From Lama glama (lineage: Eukaryota), in NCBI GenBank assembly GCA_028534125.1, contig CM052824.1, positions 61,504,001 through 61,568,000 of the forward strand: a DNA stretch of 64,000 nucleotides, given 5' to 3'. Below the pieces are notes generated by a model. The model was not told the origin of the DNA, searched no databases, and was given only the letters and a program-made list of their open reading frames with translations. Shown piece after piece: positions 34,101 through 44,535 of the stretch. Position numbers and translations under genes: made by a program. Numbering within the stretch: the first letter of the stretch is position 1; each line of letters opens with the position of its first letter.

Positions 34101-37100
34101 GTTGAGACCAAAGTCTGCAGCCAGTGAGGTGTGTGCACGTCAAGGGACACATATGGCTACACGCACACTCTCATGGGGCCTGCAGACACACACAGACACT
34201 GACGCGGACTGTGGCCGCCTGTGTGCTCATGCCAAGACGCTCTGCTCTCCCCTGCGCTCCCCACCAGGAACCTTGGAACGAACATGAATTTAACTCTCTG
34301 TTCCCTCGTTTCTCTTCCTGCTAAATCAGCTCAATTCCTGTATCTCGGAACTCCAGAGGAAAGAGGGATTGAGAAATCCCAGTGTGACTGTGTGAGTGGT
34401 CCCCCTCCCCATTTGCTTTGGGGGTTCTGAGAGCATCTCTCTTAGCACAGAGGAGGGCCACTGGCCACCTTGCAGATGCAGCCTGGAGTGGCAGGCAGTC
34501 AGGACAGGACAGATGAGGAGCAGGGAGGGACCCCAGCCCACCCTGTGGCAACCCAGCACTCCCTCCCCAGCACCCTCGCAACCTGGCCCACCTGTAACGG
34601 AGCAGCTTCCTGGTTGGGCTGCTGCAAGGGGGGCCTCCACGGAGTGACCTGGGAACCGACCCTAAACCTCATTAAATAGCCCCTAACCCCCCCCGCCCCA
34701 GCCCGGGTGGCTGGAGCAGGCTAATCCAGAGCTGGCCCTTAAGCAGATCAGTTTCAGCACCAAAGCCTCCAGGGCTGGGCTCTAGAGCGTCTAGGAGACA
34801 CTGATGCAGGCTCTTCCCCCACCCACCCCTTTCCTCTGGAGGAGAGAAGCCCACCCCCCACGCAATAAGAGGGCAGGTGGAGTGGGAATAAGTACTTTAT
34901 GGGATTAATCGGCAGCAGTTCTCACCCCCTCTTCCACCCTCATCAGTGCAGGGGGTGCACAAGAGAGAAGTGCTGTCCTCAGCACCAGGGAGGGGGCGAG
35001 TGGGTACCTAGTGGCAGGGCTGCCGCCGCCAGAGAGTTCTCCCTTGGAAGGACCCCTTCTGTTGTCCCCAGGACTCCTGCAGGAGGTGGATCAACTCCCC
35101 AGAGACTGAGGGGTGGGAACAGGCCCCATCGGTTTGTTCCCCATGAGCCCTCAGCCAAGTGCTCACACAGGGACTGGGTCTGCTCCCCTTACCCCCAGTA
35201 TGGCCAATAGCTCTTTCACTCACTGGTCATTCAGGCACACGGGTGGCACTGCAGCCCCATGGAGGTGATGCCTAGTGGGAATCAGGACACAACCCGCCCA
35301 GCAAACCGCTGCTCTCTGCCTTGGGGGTTTGCCCCCCAGGCCCCAAGACAGCCTGGCCTGGCCCCAGAAAACCTGTGTGGTCACTTGGTCATTCACTGAA
35401 CACCCAACAGAAAACGTGTAAACCCTCAGACCCCAACTCCCCTTGAGGGGCCCCTTGGGCTCCTCTAGTGACCAGTATACTGTCCAGCCCTTGTCCATCT
35501 CCTGGCCAGCTCAGGGGCCTCAGGACAGCAGGGATCACATCTCCCGCCTGTTGCCCGGGATGCGTGGGCGCCTAAAGGGGAATGCCAAGCAGGCAGAGGG
35601 ACAGGGACAAAGGGACAGAGGGATAGAGCTGATGGACAGACAGACAGGGGAAGACTGTTGGAGAAGTTAGATGATCAGACAGATGGAGATGGACAAACAG
35701 ACACAGGCACTACTGGACAGATGGGTGAAGACAGACAGAAATGATGGAAACAGCAGACAGACAGATGGACAGAGCCTGAAGGACAGACAGCAGACTAGAG
35801 ACAGAGGGACAGATGGACAGGGCCAAAAGGAGCCAGAAAGAGAGAAAGACAGAGTTGGGATAGGGACAGTGTTAGGCAGCTGGGCTGTGTGCCTGCCCAG
35901 CCCTCCCTGGCCAGACACCGGAGTCCTGCATCAGCAGGGAGGGGCAGATGGGCTATAAGTCCTCGCGGCTGCACATCCTGCCACTCTTCACGCTAGTAAA
36001 TCCAGAAAATCATCCCAGCTGCTTTCAGCACTCGTGCCGGGCCAAAGGAGCCCCCAACACTTGGGGCCGGCCTCTTACTAGGGGGTACCCTGCGTCTGGC
36101 CACCTGGGCCCTTCTCCCACCCTCCACGACGGGGTGGGATGAGCAGGGGCCTGCAGGCAGGGATGTCTTTCCTGGAGCGAAGGAGCAGCCTGGGATTTCC
36201 CTACAGGCTTCACTGACAAATTTATCCTGTAGCTTCCCAAGTAAAAGGCTCATAAAATGTCATCAATGTTCATGACGGTTCATAAAAATGATCAGTTGAG
36301 CAGGCAACTTCAAAATGAGGTGGAAATAAGTTTAAAGACATTTTCATTGTAATTCGGCTCCAGGACCCAGACATTGTCAGGAACATAAATAATAATACGT
36401 CTGGCACAGAGCCAGGCTGGGAGTGGGGCCCCTCAGGGCCGGACGCCCACTGCCTGCTTGGCTGGGCCCTTCCTGTATGTTCCCTGGAAGCCCTGGGGTA
36501 AGACTTGACCCCACAGACCAGAAACCACAGCCTGGGCTCCGCTCACAGACCAACCACCTCTGCCCTTCTAGAACCAGGGACTTAGGGCTCCACAATACCC
36601 CACCGCCTCATCAGGTCCCCTCATTTTATCTCCTTATTATATCGTGAATTGGCAGCCCCCTCAGCTCTGCTGGAACCACGCCAGAATCATCGTGGGCCGA
36701 AGCAAACCCCCAATCTGCTGGGCAGGGCCTCCAGAAGGACCTCGGCAAAATATACACCGGTCACTCTCCTGCTCAGGAATTTTTGGTAGCTCCTCATTAC
36801 CTGAAGAACAATGCCCAGCAGGCCCAGCATCTAAGGCCCTTTAGCATCTAATTGGGCCAGACCTGCCAGCTTCCCCGCCTCACCCCCCACATCTCCTTCC
36901 CTCATTCCTCCATGTCTTTGCAGACATCCTCTTTCCCTAGTGAACTCCCATGAATCCTTTAAGAGCCCACTCACACATCACCATTCTCACATCCTGCCTG
37001 GTGGGTCTCTGGGAGGGGGCGGTCATGGCCTTATCTTTGGGCAGATGGGCTCAAATGTGGGAGGGGGAGTGCATTCTGGCTCCAGGGTTGGGCTGCCCAG

Positions 37101-40100
37101 AACCCGCACCTGTGCTGCTGCCAGGGCCTGGGCACAAGTCAACAGACAGACCACAGACTAAGGAGAGGAAGAAGGGAGGCTGGGCAAACTTAGACCCAAG
37201 GGATGTGGAGCAACAAGGCTCCGCCTTGCCCATGTATAGCGTGTAGGGGGAAGCCTGGCCCGAGCCCCGCCCTACCTGCAGGACGTCTCTCGGAAGGAGA
37301 TGTTCACGTCCCAGTGGGTGTGGACTCTGCAAGGAGAGAGGCAGAGGGTCAGTGTGGCCTCCAGGACTCAGGCACATGGACAGCAGGGCGTGTGTGGGGC
37401 ATGCCCCTTGTCTGCCCTAGAGCCCGGCCCCAAGGGAACTGGGCTGGCTCAGACCTGCCTCCAGCACCATCTGGTACCAGCTCAACACGCCGGATGCCAC
37501 CAGGACAGGCCCATGGGGCAGGAGCCAGCTCCTGGCCTCAGCAGACAAAGGAATCAGAAGGGACAGAACGGAGGCCCCAGATCTCTGCTTCTCATTGCAG
37601 TGGACCCAGAGGAGCCCCAGTGTTGTGCTGGGCGTTGGGGCTGTGGCTTCCTCTGCATGCAACACTCATGTAACTGAACCCAAACTCCTAGTTGCTGGAG
37701 CTGCTCTGCCAGACAGGCTGGAATCAGGTCATGGACTGCCGCCCCATGGTCACCACTAGCACCAGTGGTTGGCTCTCAGCCCAGTTGGGTACAGGCCCCT
37801 GGGCCCCAGCTGCTGCCAACCTGCTTCTCAAGAGTGACCATCACACAGCAGAGGCAGGAGGAACACCAGGATGAGAAGTCAAGGCAGGAAGCAGCTCTGC
37901 CCTGTGCCCACACCCTCTCCCGCAGCCCCTGAAAAGACCCTTGGGTGGAGGGAGGGCAGGGGTGGTGCCCACGCGGTGCTTCACCTTACACATGTGGGTG
38001 TGGCAGCGTTATTTCAGGGTGGGAGAAATTGAAGCATGCTCAAAGACTAAGTCAGAAGAGAAAAGGCCTAGAAATTCTGGGGAAGCCTAACACATGCTGG
38101 ACAGACAACAGATGGATAGAAGGATGGACAGACGAAGAGGTGAGTGGACAGAAGGAGGTGCCTCTGCCAGGAGGGGAGAATGTGGGAGGTCAGGAAGGGT
38201 GGCCCCAAGCCTGGGAGGGACAGTAAGGAGCCAAAGGAGCAGCCACCTCCCGTGAGAGTGAGTGGGAGTGATGAGGGGGCTGCTCCCATGAAGGTCCTCC
38301 TGGCTCACCGCTCCCAGTCTGGCTGCAGTGGCACCAGACCCTCCTCCTGGAGACTTCTCCCTTCCTCGCAGCCAGCAGCTCCATTCCTCCCACAGAGAAC
38401 CATGTCGACCCCTCCCTGGCCCACTCTGGTCATGACAAGCCCACCACTGGTGATGCCCGCCCCTCAACAATGCCACCTGAGTCCTGGCCTGGCACTAGGT
38501 CCCCACGTGGGGGCAAAGTGGGTTCTTAGCAATCCTGTGGCAGGTCCCTGGTGGGTCCAGGCTTTGTTTCAGCTGTGGCAGCTGTCAGCATCCATGGAGA
38601 CACAACCAGTTAAATCGGGGCCCTGTTCACAGGGCAAAGGCCCCCCACCCCCAGGCCTGACCCTGCTTGCAGCTGCCTGGAGACTGCAGCCTTAGCGCCC
38701 CACTCCTGTTGAGCCCGTGGACTCTTCCACCTCCATCCTCGTACAAGTACCTTCTCTTCATGATACGGACACGTGGGTCGTCCTCCTGCTTCAAGCCCAG
38801 CCGCTGCCCACAGGCCAGGCCACTCCTGTTGCTGTCGCCATCACTGGCGGAGAAGCTGGGGGTCAACTCCTTCTTTAGGCCCCGGGTGGGGGGCAGGGCA
38901 ACTGTCCTCTTGTCTGCCAGCCGCCCCCGGTTCTGGAGAGGGAGAAGGGAGAGGAAGGTCATGCCAAATTGGGTCCCTCAGTCTCCTGGGTGGTGTGCAC
39001 CCCAGTCCTGACCCCCAGGCAGGACCATTAAAGATCAAACAGGCACAGTCACTGGCCAAAGCTCCCCGACATCTCCACCTCCAGTTGAGGAGCCTCCAGC
39101 CATCAGGAAAGTCACAGCTGGCCAGAGGCCAGGACAAGAGGAGGGGCCCTCCACAGACCGCTTTCCACTCCACCCTGGCTAGGGCTGAGATGTAGGGGTG
39201 TGGGCGCTGCCCTGTTCAAACTCTATACTCATCACAGTCCCCCTCCACCAGCACTCAGCCTGAGTGTGGACACCTACTGGAGGCAGACCCCTGCTTTCTC
39301 AGCATCAGGGGACCCCGAGGGGACACATGCACCCACAAGATACAGCAGTGTGCCTTGTCACCCGTTCAGCGTGCAGTTACCTCTGCATGCATGTCTGCCT
39401 GGCAATCCTTCTCGATTGTGTGAACCCCTCCACCAATAGCAAGTCCTCTTTCTATTGTTAATGCCTAGCAGAGCCCAGCTCAGGGGGTTTGAAGCCTGAG
39501 GCCTGGAGCTGACCCCTTGCAAATTGCAGGCCTCTGGTTCACAGGTCACCTGGCAAGGAGCCCTGACCAGCTCAGAACCTTTGTCCCACGGGCCCTGGTG
39601 GGCCTGCCCCCTCGATCAGGAACCGAGAGTTTCGGAGTTTTGCACACGGTCCACTTCCCTCCTACCCTGGGCGCGCAGAGTGAGTGTGGAACACGTGTGA
39701 TGGGGCAGGGCTTGCAGGCACGGAGCTTTCGAGTGGAGGATGTGCCCTGTCTGTGCACAGGCACGCAGGCTGCTCCACGGAAGAGCTCATGTGCACTCAG
39801 AGCCCGTGCACACCCTGGTGGCACACGCTCAGCACTCGTGCACACAGGCAAGCTCCCTGCACACCATGGCACCTGCTGGTGTCTTCAGGTCCCACTGCCC
39901 CAGGGAAAAAGAAAAGTAATTATCTTCCGGTGGGCGGGAGGCTTTCCTTATTTAATAACAGGTTACTGGTTCAGGGAGGTGGCAGGGACTTTGGAAATTA
40001 TCTCATTCTCTCCCATCTTTTCAGTCACTGGGGCCTCCTTGGCCCCTCCCTCTTGTTGCCAAAACAACGTGTCCCCACCACATTCAGGAGCTTGCGGAGG

Positions 40101-43100
40101 AAGGTGTCAGGGGTGGTCCTGCCCCTCCCTGAACAGTGTCACCCTGGATCTGAAGGGCAGCTGTGTGCAGCCTCCACAGTCCTGTCTTCTAGGGTGAAGG
40201 TTCTCTTCAGACCCAGACCATCATCACCTCCAAATACAACAGCCCACCTCAGCCCCAGATTTGGGTGGTGCCCCTGACAGGATCTGGGAGCCACAGTCCC
40301 TGCCCTCTCAGGCTCCAAGAGCCGGTTACCCCCATCCCTGCCGTCATGAATCCACCCAGAACACCCTCCATTGTCTTCTCTGCAACTCACACTCAAGTGT
40401 GTCATACTGGGCAGGACTGGGCAATGGCTGGGTGGAGTGGGGCAGTGGAGTCTGAGGGTAGGCTCTGTGCTTCTGAGACCCTGGTCTTGGCTCCGTGCTA
40501 CATCAGCAACAGCAGAGCTTGGGTGAGGCTACAGGTGTGACTGCCTGTCTGGTGCTCATGCCTCTTCATGCCAGACAGTGGGCTCTGGTGGGTAGGGTTT
40601 TCAACAGCCCTGGCCTGTCTGGAGGCAGCTGGAAAGCCCCCCAGCTCTGCCCTTCCCTCGCCCTCTGTAACCCAAGTACCAGGATGTCCTCTGCTGTCTT
40701 TCTGCTTTAACTACACTATTGTCTTAAGAAAAGTAACTGCATTTCCCTCTGCTTCTCATCTGTGGGACAGGGAGGAGAAGAGAGAAATGAAAGCAGGAGG
40801 ACTGTCACTTGGGACGAGGCCAGACTGGCTAAGCTGGCCTGGGATCACTCCCGTTCGACAGGGGATGAGGAAGAGGGACCAGCATGGGAAGCCCTGACCC
40901 CAGCCAAGGACAGGAAACACACACACCTCCCTTGCACACTAGAGACCTCAGCTGCTCACCCCTGCTCGGCATACAGATTTGAGACCTGGGTGCTAAGCCC
41001 TCACTAGGCCAAGCACTGGCCTCTCAATCAGTGATGGCGGGTGCATGGAGGCCAGCTGTATGACCCCGGCACCATGTGCACACCCACATTCTGCCCTTGG
41101 AGTATCATCTGTGACCACAAAGTGTGCACATACCTGTGGACCTGGCCATTGGGGTAGGGGAAGACAGTCCCTGTGTGGAAAAGGTGGAGGCTGGAGAGAC
41201 AAGGGGGTCCACAGAACTCCTTCCTAAGGCAGAGGTGCAGATATAGCCCTGGGAGGAAACAGGCTCCAGAGAGGAAGGCCCAGGTGTGAGTCATCCCTCA
41301 AGGAGGGCAGGCATCTAGGATCCCCAGAAAGATAGGCAACCCTGGGCTGTGGCTCCATCCCTGGTGCCCATCCAAGCAATGTCCTAGGGGACACTGATGC
41401 TGTGCTCAGGCCGCCTGCCCCCGCCCCCCCCCCACCGTGGGAGAACTTCAGACGGGGACAGGTGGGAGAGGCAGGTATCCTCCCACCAGAACAGAAACCC
41501 CAGACCAGCCTGGAGGGTGCCCTGTCTGGCACTAGCTACTTGAGAGAGAGCAGAAGTGGAGAGGGAGCTTGGTCTCTGGGCTCGGGCAGGGACACTGGCA
41601 GCGGGCAAGAGGGGGGATGCCTGTGCACACACTATGTCTGAAAGGCTCCGCAGGCCGGCGTGCCTGTGAGCGCCATGAGCTTGTGTCAGTGTGTAGGGTG
41701 GGCACACGGTGAGGCTCAGCTGTAGCCCCTTCCCCTGCCCACCTTGTGTGTCTTTACAGGTATGCGGCTTCCCAGCATGCCCACCCCCAGGGCCATCCCC
41801 TCCCCCACCCCACCACCAGTCCAAAGTAAACAAGCTGAAGGATCCCCCCTCCCCCCCAGGCCTTCCTGGCAGAGGGGGCTGCTGAGTGGTGCCAGGAATA
41901 GCGGCACAACCACAACCACCACCAGGAGCCACGGCCCTAACTGGCTTTCCCCCAGGGGCTCAGACTGGTCCCTTTCAAGATGCAATTTCCTTTTCAGATC
42001 AATTCTCCAACCCATTGCTGCCTGGAGGGCCTGTGATGGAGAAATCAGGGCTTCAGGGGCAGGCATAGCACCCCAATCTCTCCTGCTCCCCTAGGCTCAG
42101 TCAGGTCAGTAGATGGGTCATCTAGGGTAGATGGTCTACAGTGGACTGAAGGCCTTACACCAACTTCCAATTTCAGTTCTCTTGACAGCCAAGGCCCACA
42201 CTGCACCTCTCTGCCCCCAACTGGGTTCTATCCCCAGGTATTCCTGGACACTCAGGGCCTTGCCCGGCAGGGCTCCAACCCTGGGCACCCCAGAGGTGCA
42301 CAGCACTCACATCCAAGCCTTTGACCACCCCAGAATGTACATCCAGGCCAACCAACACTCACATTCCAGAACAAGGGTTAACCTAGGTCCAGCCCCTCTC
42401 CCAGGCTGGGCCAGATAACATGGTGCCACCCTGAGACCTGTGGCAGGGCAAAGTCCCTAGGCCCTAATCAGACGGCACTGTCCAGGGAGGAGACCTTCAC
42501 AGCCTGGGCTGTCCCCAGGACTCCAGGAGAAGTAGCTCCCAGACTCCCAAGGAGAGGCTCCAGAATAGGCAGGACTGGACCCTGCATCAAGGGGGTAGGG
42601 GGCTCTGGTTATCAGGACTCCCACCCAAAGCAGTGTCTCCTATTTGCCCTTTTGGAGGCACCCTCCTGCACACTGGCAGGGTCGAGGTAGGACCGATCCT
42701 AGAAAACACAGGCACAACAAGCTCCTCAGGGGGAGAAAGAAGACCCCGAAGCCCCAGCTTTTCTCCCACATCTCACCACCGGGGAGGATATTCGACAGCC
42801 CGGACAGTCGCAGATCGGAGGGTGCACCTGCAGGATCCCCTTGGACATAAGCGTCTTCAGACTTTTCCCTGCGAGGAGAGCCGAGGCAGGACCAGTGAGG
42901 GAGCCGGGCGGGCACAGGTAGGGCCGGGCACGCGGGCACGCTTCCAGGGCCCTGTCAGGGGCAAGGCCGGGTTTCCTCCTGCCACGAGTGTGAACACCCA
43001 CCTCTGTCCAACTTCCCGACCCACCACCGGGCCTTGCCGCCCTCCAGGCTCGCGGATGCCTCTGGGATCTGCAGAGCTCAGAAACTCAAGATCCGGGCGA

Positions 43101-44535
43101 GCGTCCTCCCGTGACGAAGGGCGGCCTCCTCCCTGACCCCTGAGCTCTTCCTCCCGCGCTCCATCTTCTCCAAGCCCGTCCGCGGGAACCGGGAGCTGGA
43201 CCGAGGAAGGTCCGGCCCAGGAGCAGATGAGCGGAGCCGTCAGAACCTGAGACTGCTCCTCACCTCGCAGCAGGAAGAAGGCGGCCACTTCTGAGCCACC
43301 GCTGAACCACCGCTGAGCCCCGAAGTCGACAAGTGCGACTGGGTCCCTAACTTTCTAACTACCCCCAACCCCAGGCCTGGCGCTCACCGCGCCCCCAGCA
43401 TGCCCGCTCAGGCGCCCGCACGTCGCTTCCTTGGAGCCAGACTCCTGCGGGAGCCCAAGCTGCTGCTCCCAGCCCAGCCGCTGCTCGGCTCCGTGCGCGC
43501 CCCCGCCCTGACGCGCGCCCCGGCGGCCCCCACCTGCCTGCTCCACCCCTGCACCTTGCTGTTCGCTCCACCAGCGCGCGTCCGCCCCCCGGCCGCACGT
43601 GTGCCCCTCTACTCCCGCCAGAACCGGTGGCTCCTGCACCCGGGAGGGGAGTATCCCGCCCAGTCGGCCTCCTGCCTGCTCTCCCGAGTTCCCGTAAACT
43701 TCTACTGAGCCTCAAGTCCCAGGAATCCCGCAAAGATATTCCGGGCGGAAGGAGCTGCCGACTCGTGCGCAGCCGGGAGCCCACGGCACCGCGGCAAGCT
43801 CTGAGTGGACGGCGGAGGCCGAGGGCGCTCTGCCCGGGCCCACCAAGGCGACCGTGCTTCGGGGGTGGGGTGTCCCTGCGGCAGCCCCGGAGTCGCAGCG
43901 CCCTCTCTGGGCGGAGATGGAGTCTCCCAGGTGGCAGAGCGAGGGGGGTCCGGACCCACGGGTCCTTGGGGAGCGGAGGGGAGGGACCGTGGCGGCCAGC
44001 GCCNNNNNNNNNNNNNNNNNNNNNNNNNNNNNNNNNNNNNNNNNNNNNNNNNNNNNNNNNNNNNNNNNNNNNNNNNNNNNNNNNNNNNNNNNNNNNNNNN
44101 NNNNNNNNNNNNNNNNNNNNNNNNNNNNNNNNNNNNNNNNNNNNNNNNNNNNNNNNNNNNNNNNNNNNNNNNNNNNNNNNNNNNNNNNNNNNNNNNNNNN
44201 NNNNNNNNNNNNNNNNNNNNNNNNNNNNNNNNNNNNNNNNNNNNNNNNNNNNNNNGCTCGAGGGCCAGAGGGTCCCGGGGCAGGTGGAGGTGCGGGGCGG
44301 CCTCGTGCAGGCTCAGGTAACCGCGCGGGGGGCGGAGTGGCGGGGCCAACAGCGCCTCGTAGCCCGCGGTCGCGGCGGGTAGCGAAGCGGCCGGGGGCAG
44401 GGCGGACGCGGCGGGAAGTGGCGCCAGGTAGCCAGGCAGCGGCGGCAGTGGCAGCGCGGCCAGGGTCGGGTGGAAGGTGGCCAGAGCAAGGGCGAGGTCT
44501 TCGCGGCCCGGGAGTTCCTTCTTGACCGCCGGCAT
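24882..44535 (-). CDS. SAMD11: Sterile alpha motif domain-containing protein 11 (mr-s), long isoform, 14 coding exons; exon 1 interrupted by an assembly gap
   Basis: Exons ~44019(in gap)-44535, 42777-42868, 38751-38932, 37276-37326, 33420-33544, 30332-30421, 30022-30156, 27958-28120, 26905-27020, 26627-26705, 26019-26533, 25669-25793, 25244-25354 and 24882-25127. MPAVKKELPGREDLALALATFHPTL..., MSKGILQVHPPICDCPGC..., SAM domain WTVEDVCSFVGGLSGCGEYAPVFREQGIDGETLPLLTEEHLLTTMGLKLGPALKI. Confidence 0.95.
25244..25354 (-). CDS. SAMD11: SAMD11 exon 13 (SAM C-half)
   Basis: VFREQGIDGETLPLLTEEHLLTTMGLKLGPALKIRAQ. Confidence 0.95.
25669..25793 (-). CDS. SAMD11: SAMD11 exon 12 (SAM N-half)
   Basis: AMGGLFMDGEEATAPEDVSKWTVEDVCSFVGGLSGCGEYAP. 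Confidence 0.95.
26019..26533 (-). CDS. SAMD11: SAMD11 exon 11
   Basis: 515 nt, LEMSAELLRQKELESAHRPQLL...YAVSPYFHT. Confidence 0.93.
26627..26705 (-). CDS. SAMD11: SAMD11 exon 10
   Basis: YGFLPPAQAEILARQQELLRKQNLA. Confidence 0.93.
26905..27020 (-). CDS. SAMD11: SAMD11 exon 9
   Basis: ELSQPPPLLSPQNAPHIALGPHLRPPFLGVSSALCQTP. Confidence 0.93.
27030..27450. promoter_or_regulatory. Intragenic CpG island with TAAT motifs and (GGC)7
   Basis: CpG-dense; TAATTG/CAATTA/TAATTA at 27109, 27182, 27242 and 27313; (GGC)7 at 27333-27353. Confidence 0.7.
27958..28120 (-). CDS. SAMD11: SAMD11 exon 8
   Basis: LLRVRQEVAAAAVRSPSGLEVHLPSTTAGQRRKQG...FSE. Confidence 0.93.
28620..29070. promoter_or_regulatory. 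Intragenic CpG island / candidate enhancer
   Basis: CpG-dense with TTTATAAATTAATTA, TGATTGACAG and an AT-rich block at 29012-29062. Confidence 0.65.
30022..30156 (-). CDS. SAMD11: SAMD11 exon 7
   Basis: TLLLPELGPSMAPEDHYRRLVSALSEASTFEDPQRLYHLGLPGH; alternative acceptor starts at 30159. Confidence 0.9.
30332..30421 (-). CDS. SAMD11: SAMD11 exon 6
   Basis: DLLGKRLGHSPHISSDCPLEKKARSKSPQ. Confidence 0.92.
33420..33544 (-). CDS. SAMD11: SAMD11 exon 5
   Basis: QDSDLPTLISSVHRSRHLVMPEHQSRCEFQRGSVEIGLGSA. Confidence 0.93.
34592..34910 (-). promoter_or_regulatory. Candidate internal SAMD11 promoter and non-coding first exon (CRX/OTX sites, GC box, TATA-like, Inr, donor)
   Basis: GGATTAATC 34902-34910, TAATCC 34722-34727, GGGGCGGGG 34691-34699, TATTTAA 34678-34672, Inr TCACTCC 34647-34641, CAG|GTGGG donor after 34592. 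Confidence 0.55.
35595..35850. repeat. Degenerate (GACA/GATG)n purine-rich low-complexity repeat
   Basis: Repeated gacagacag/gatggacag units. Confidence 0.8.
37276..37326 (-). CDS. SAMD11: SAMD11 exon 4
   Basis: 51 nt, VHTHWDVNISFRETSC, AG/GT flanks. Confidence 0.9.
38751..38932 (-). CDS. SAMD11: SAMD11 exon 3
   Basis: NRGRLADKRTVALPPTRGLKKELTPSFSASDGDS...LKQEDDPRVRIMKR. Confidence 0.93.
42777..42868 (-). CDS. SAMD11: SAMD11 exon 2 (contains alternative start ATG at 42848)
   Basis: KSLKTLMSKGILQVHPPICDCPGCRISSPV. Confidence 0.93.
43002..43072 (-). other. SAMD11: Probable alternative non-coding first exon of SAMD11
   Basis: gcagatccc...gggaagttggacagag|gtgggtg resembles the recalled human non-coding exon 1 upstream of the MSKG exon; 5' end approximate. 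Confidence 0.5.
44004..44255. other. Assembly gap (252 N)
   Basis: Run of N. Confidence 0.99.
44256..44535 (-). CDS. SAMD11: SAMD11 long-isoform exon 1, visible coding part
   Basis: gccATGccg; MPAVKKELPGREDLALALATFHPTLAALPLPPLPGYLAPLP...HLHLPRDPLALE, then the gap. Confidence 0.9.

Noticed and set aside
35595-35958. 95-aa D/R/Q-rich ORF, or CRISPR-like repeat
   Set aside because: Translation of a degenerate GACA simple repeat with no repeat-spacer structure. The DNA is mammalian and no prokaryotic systems are evident.
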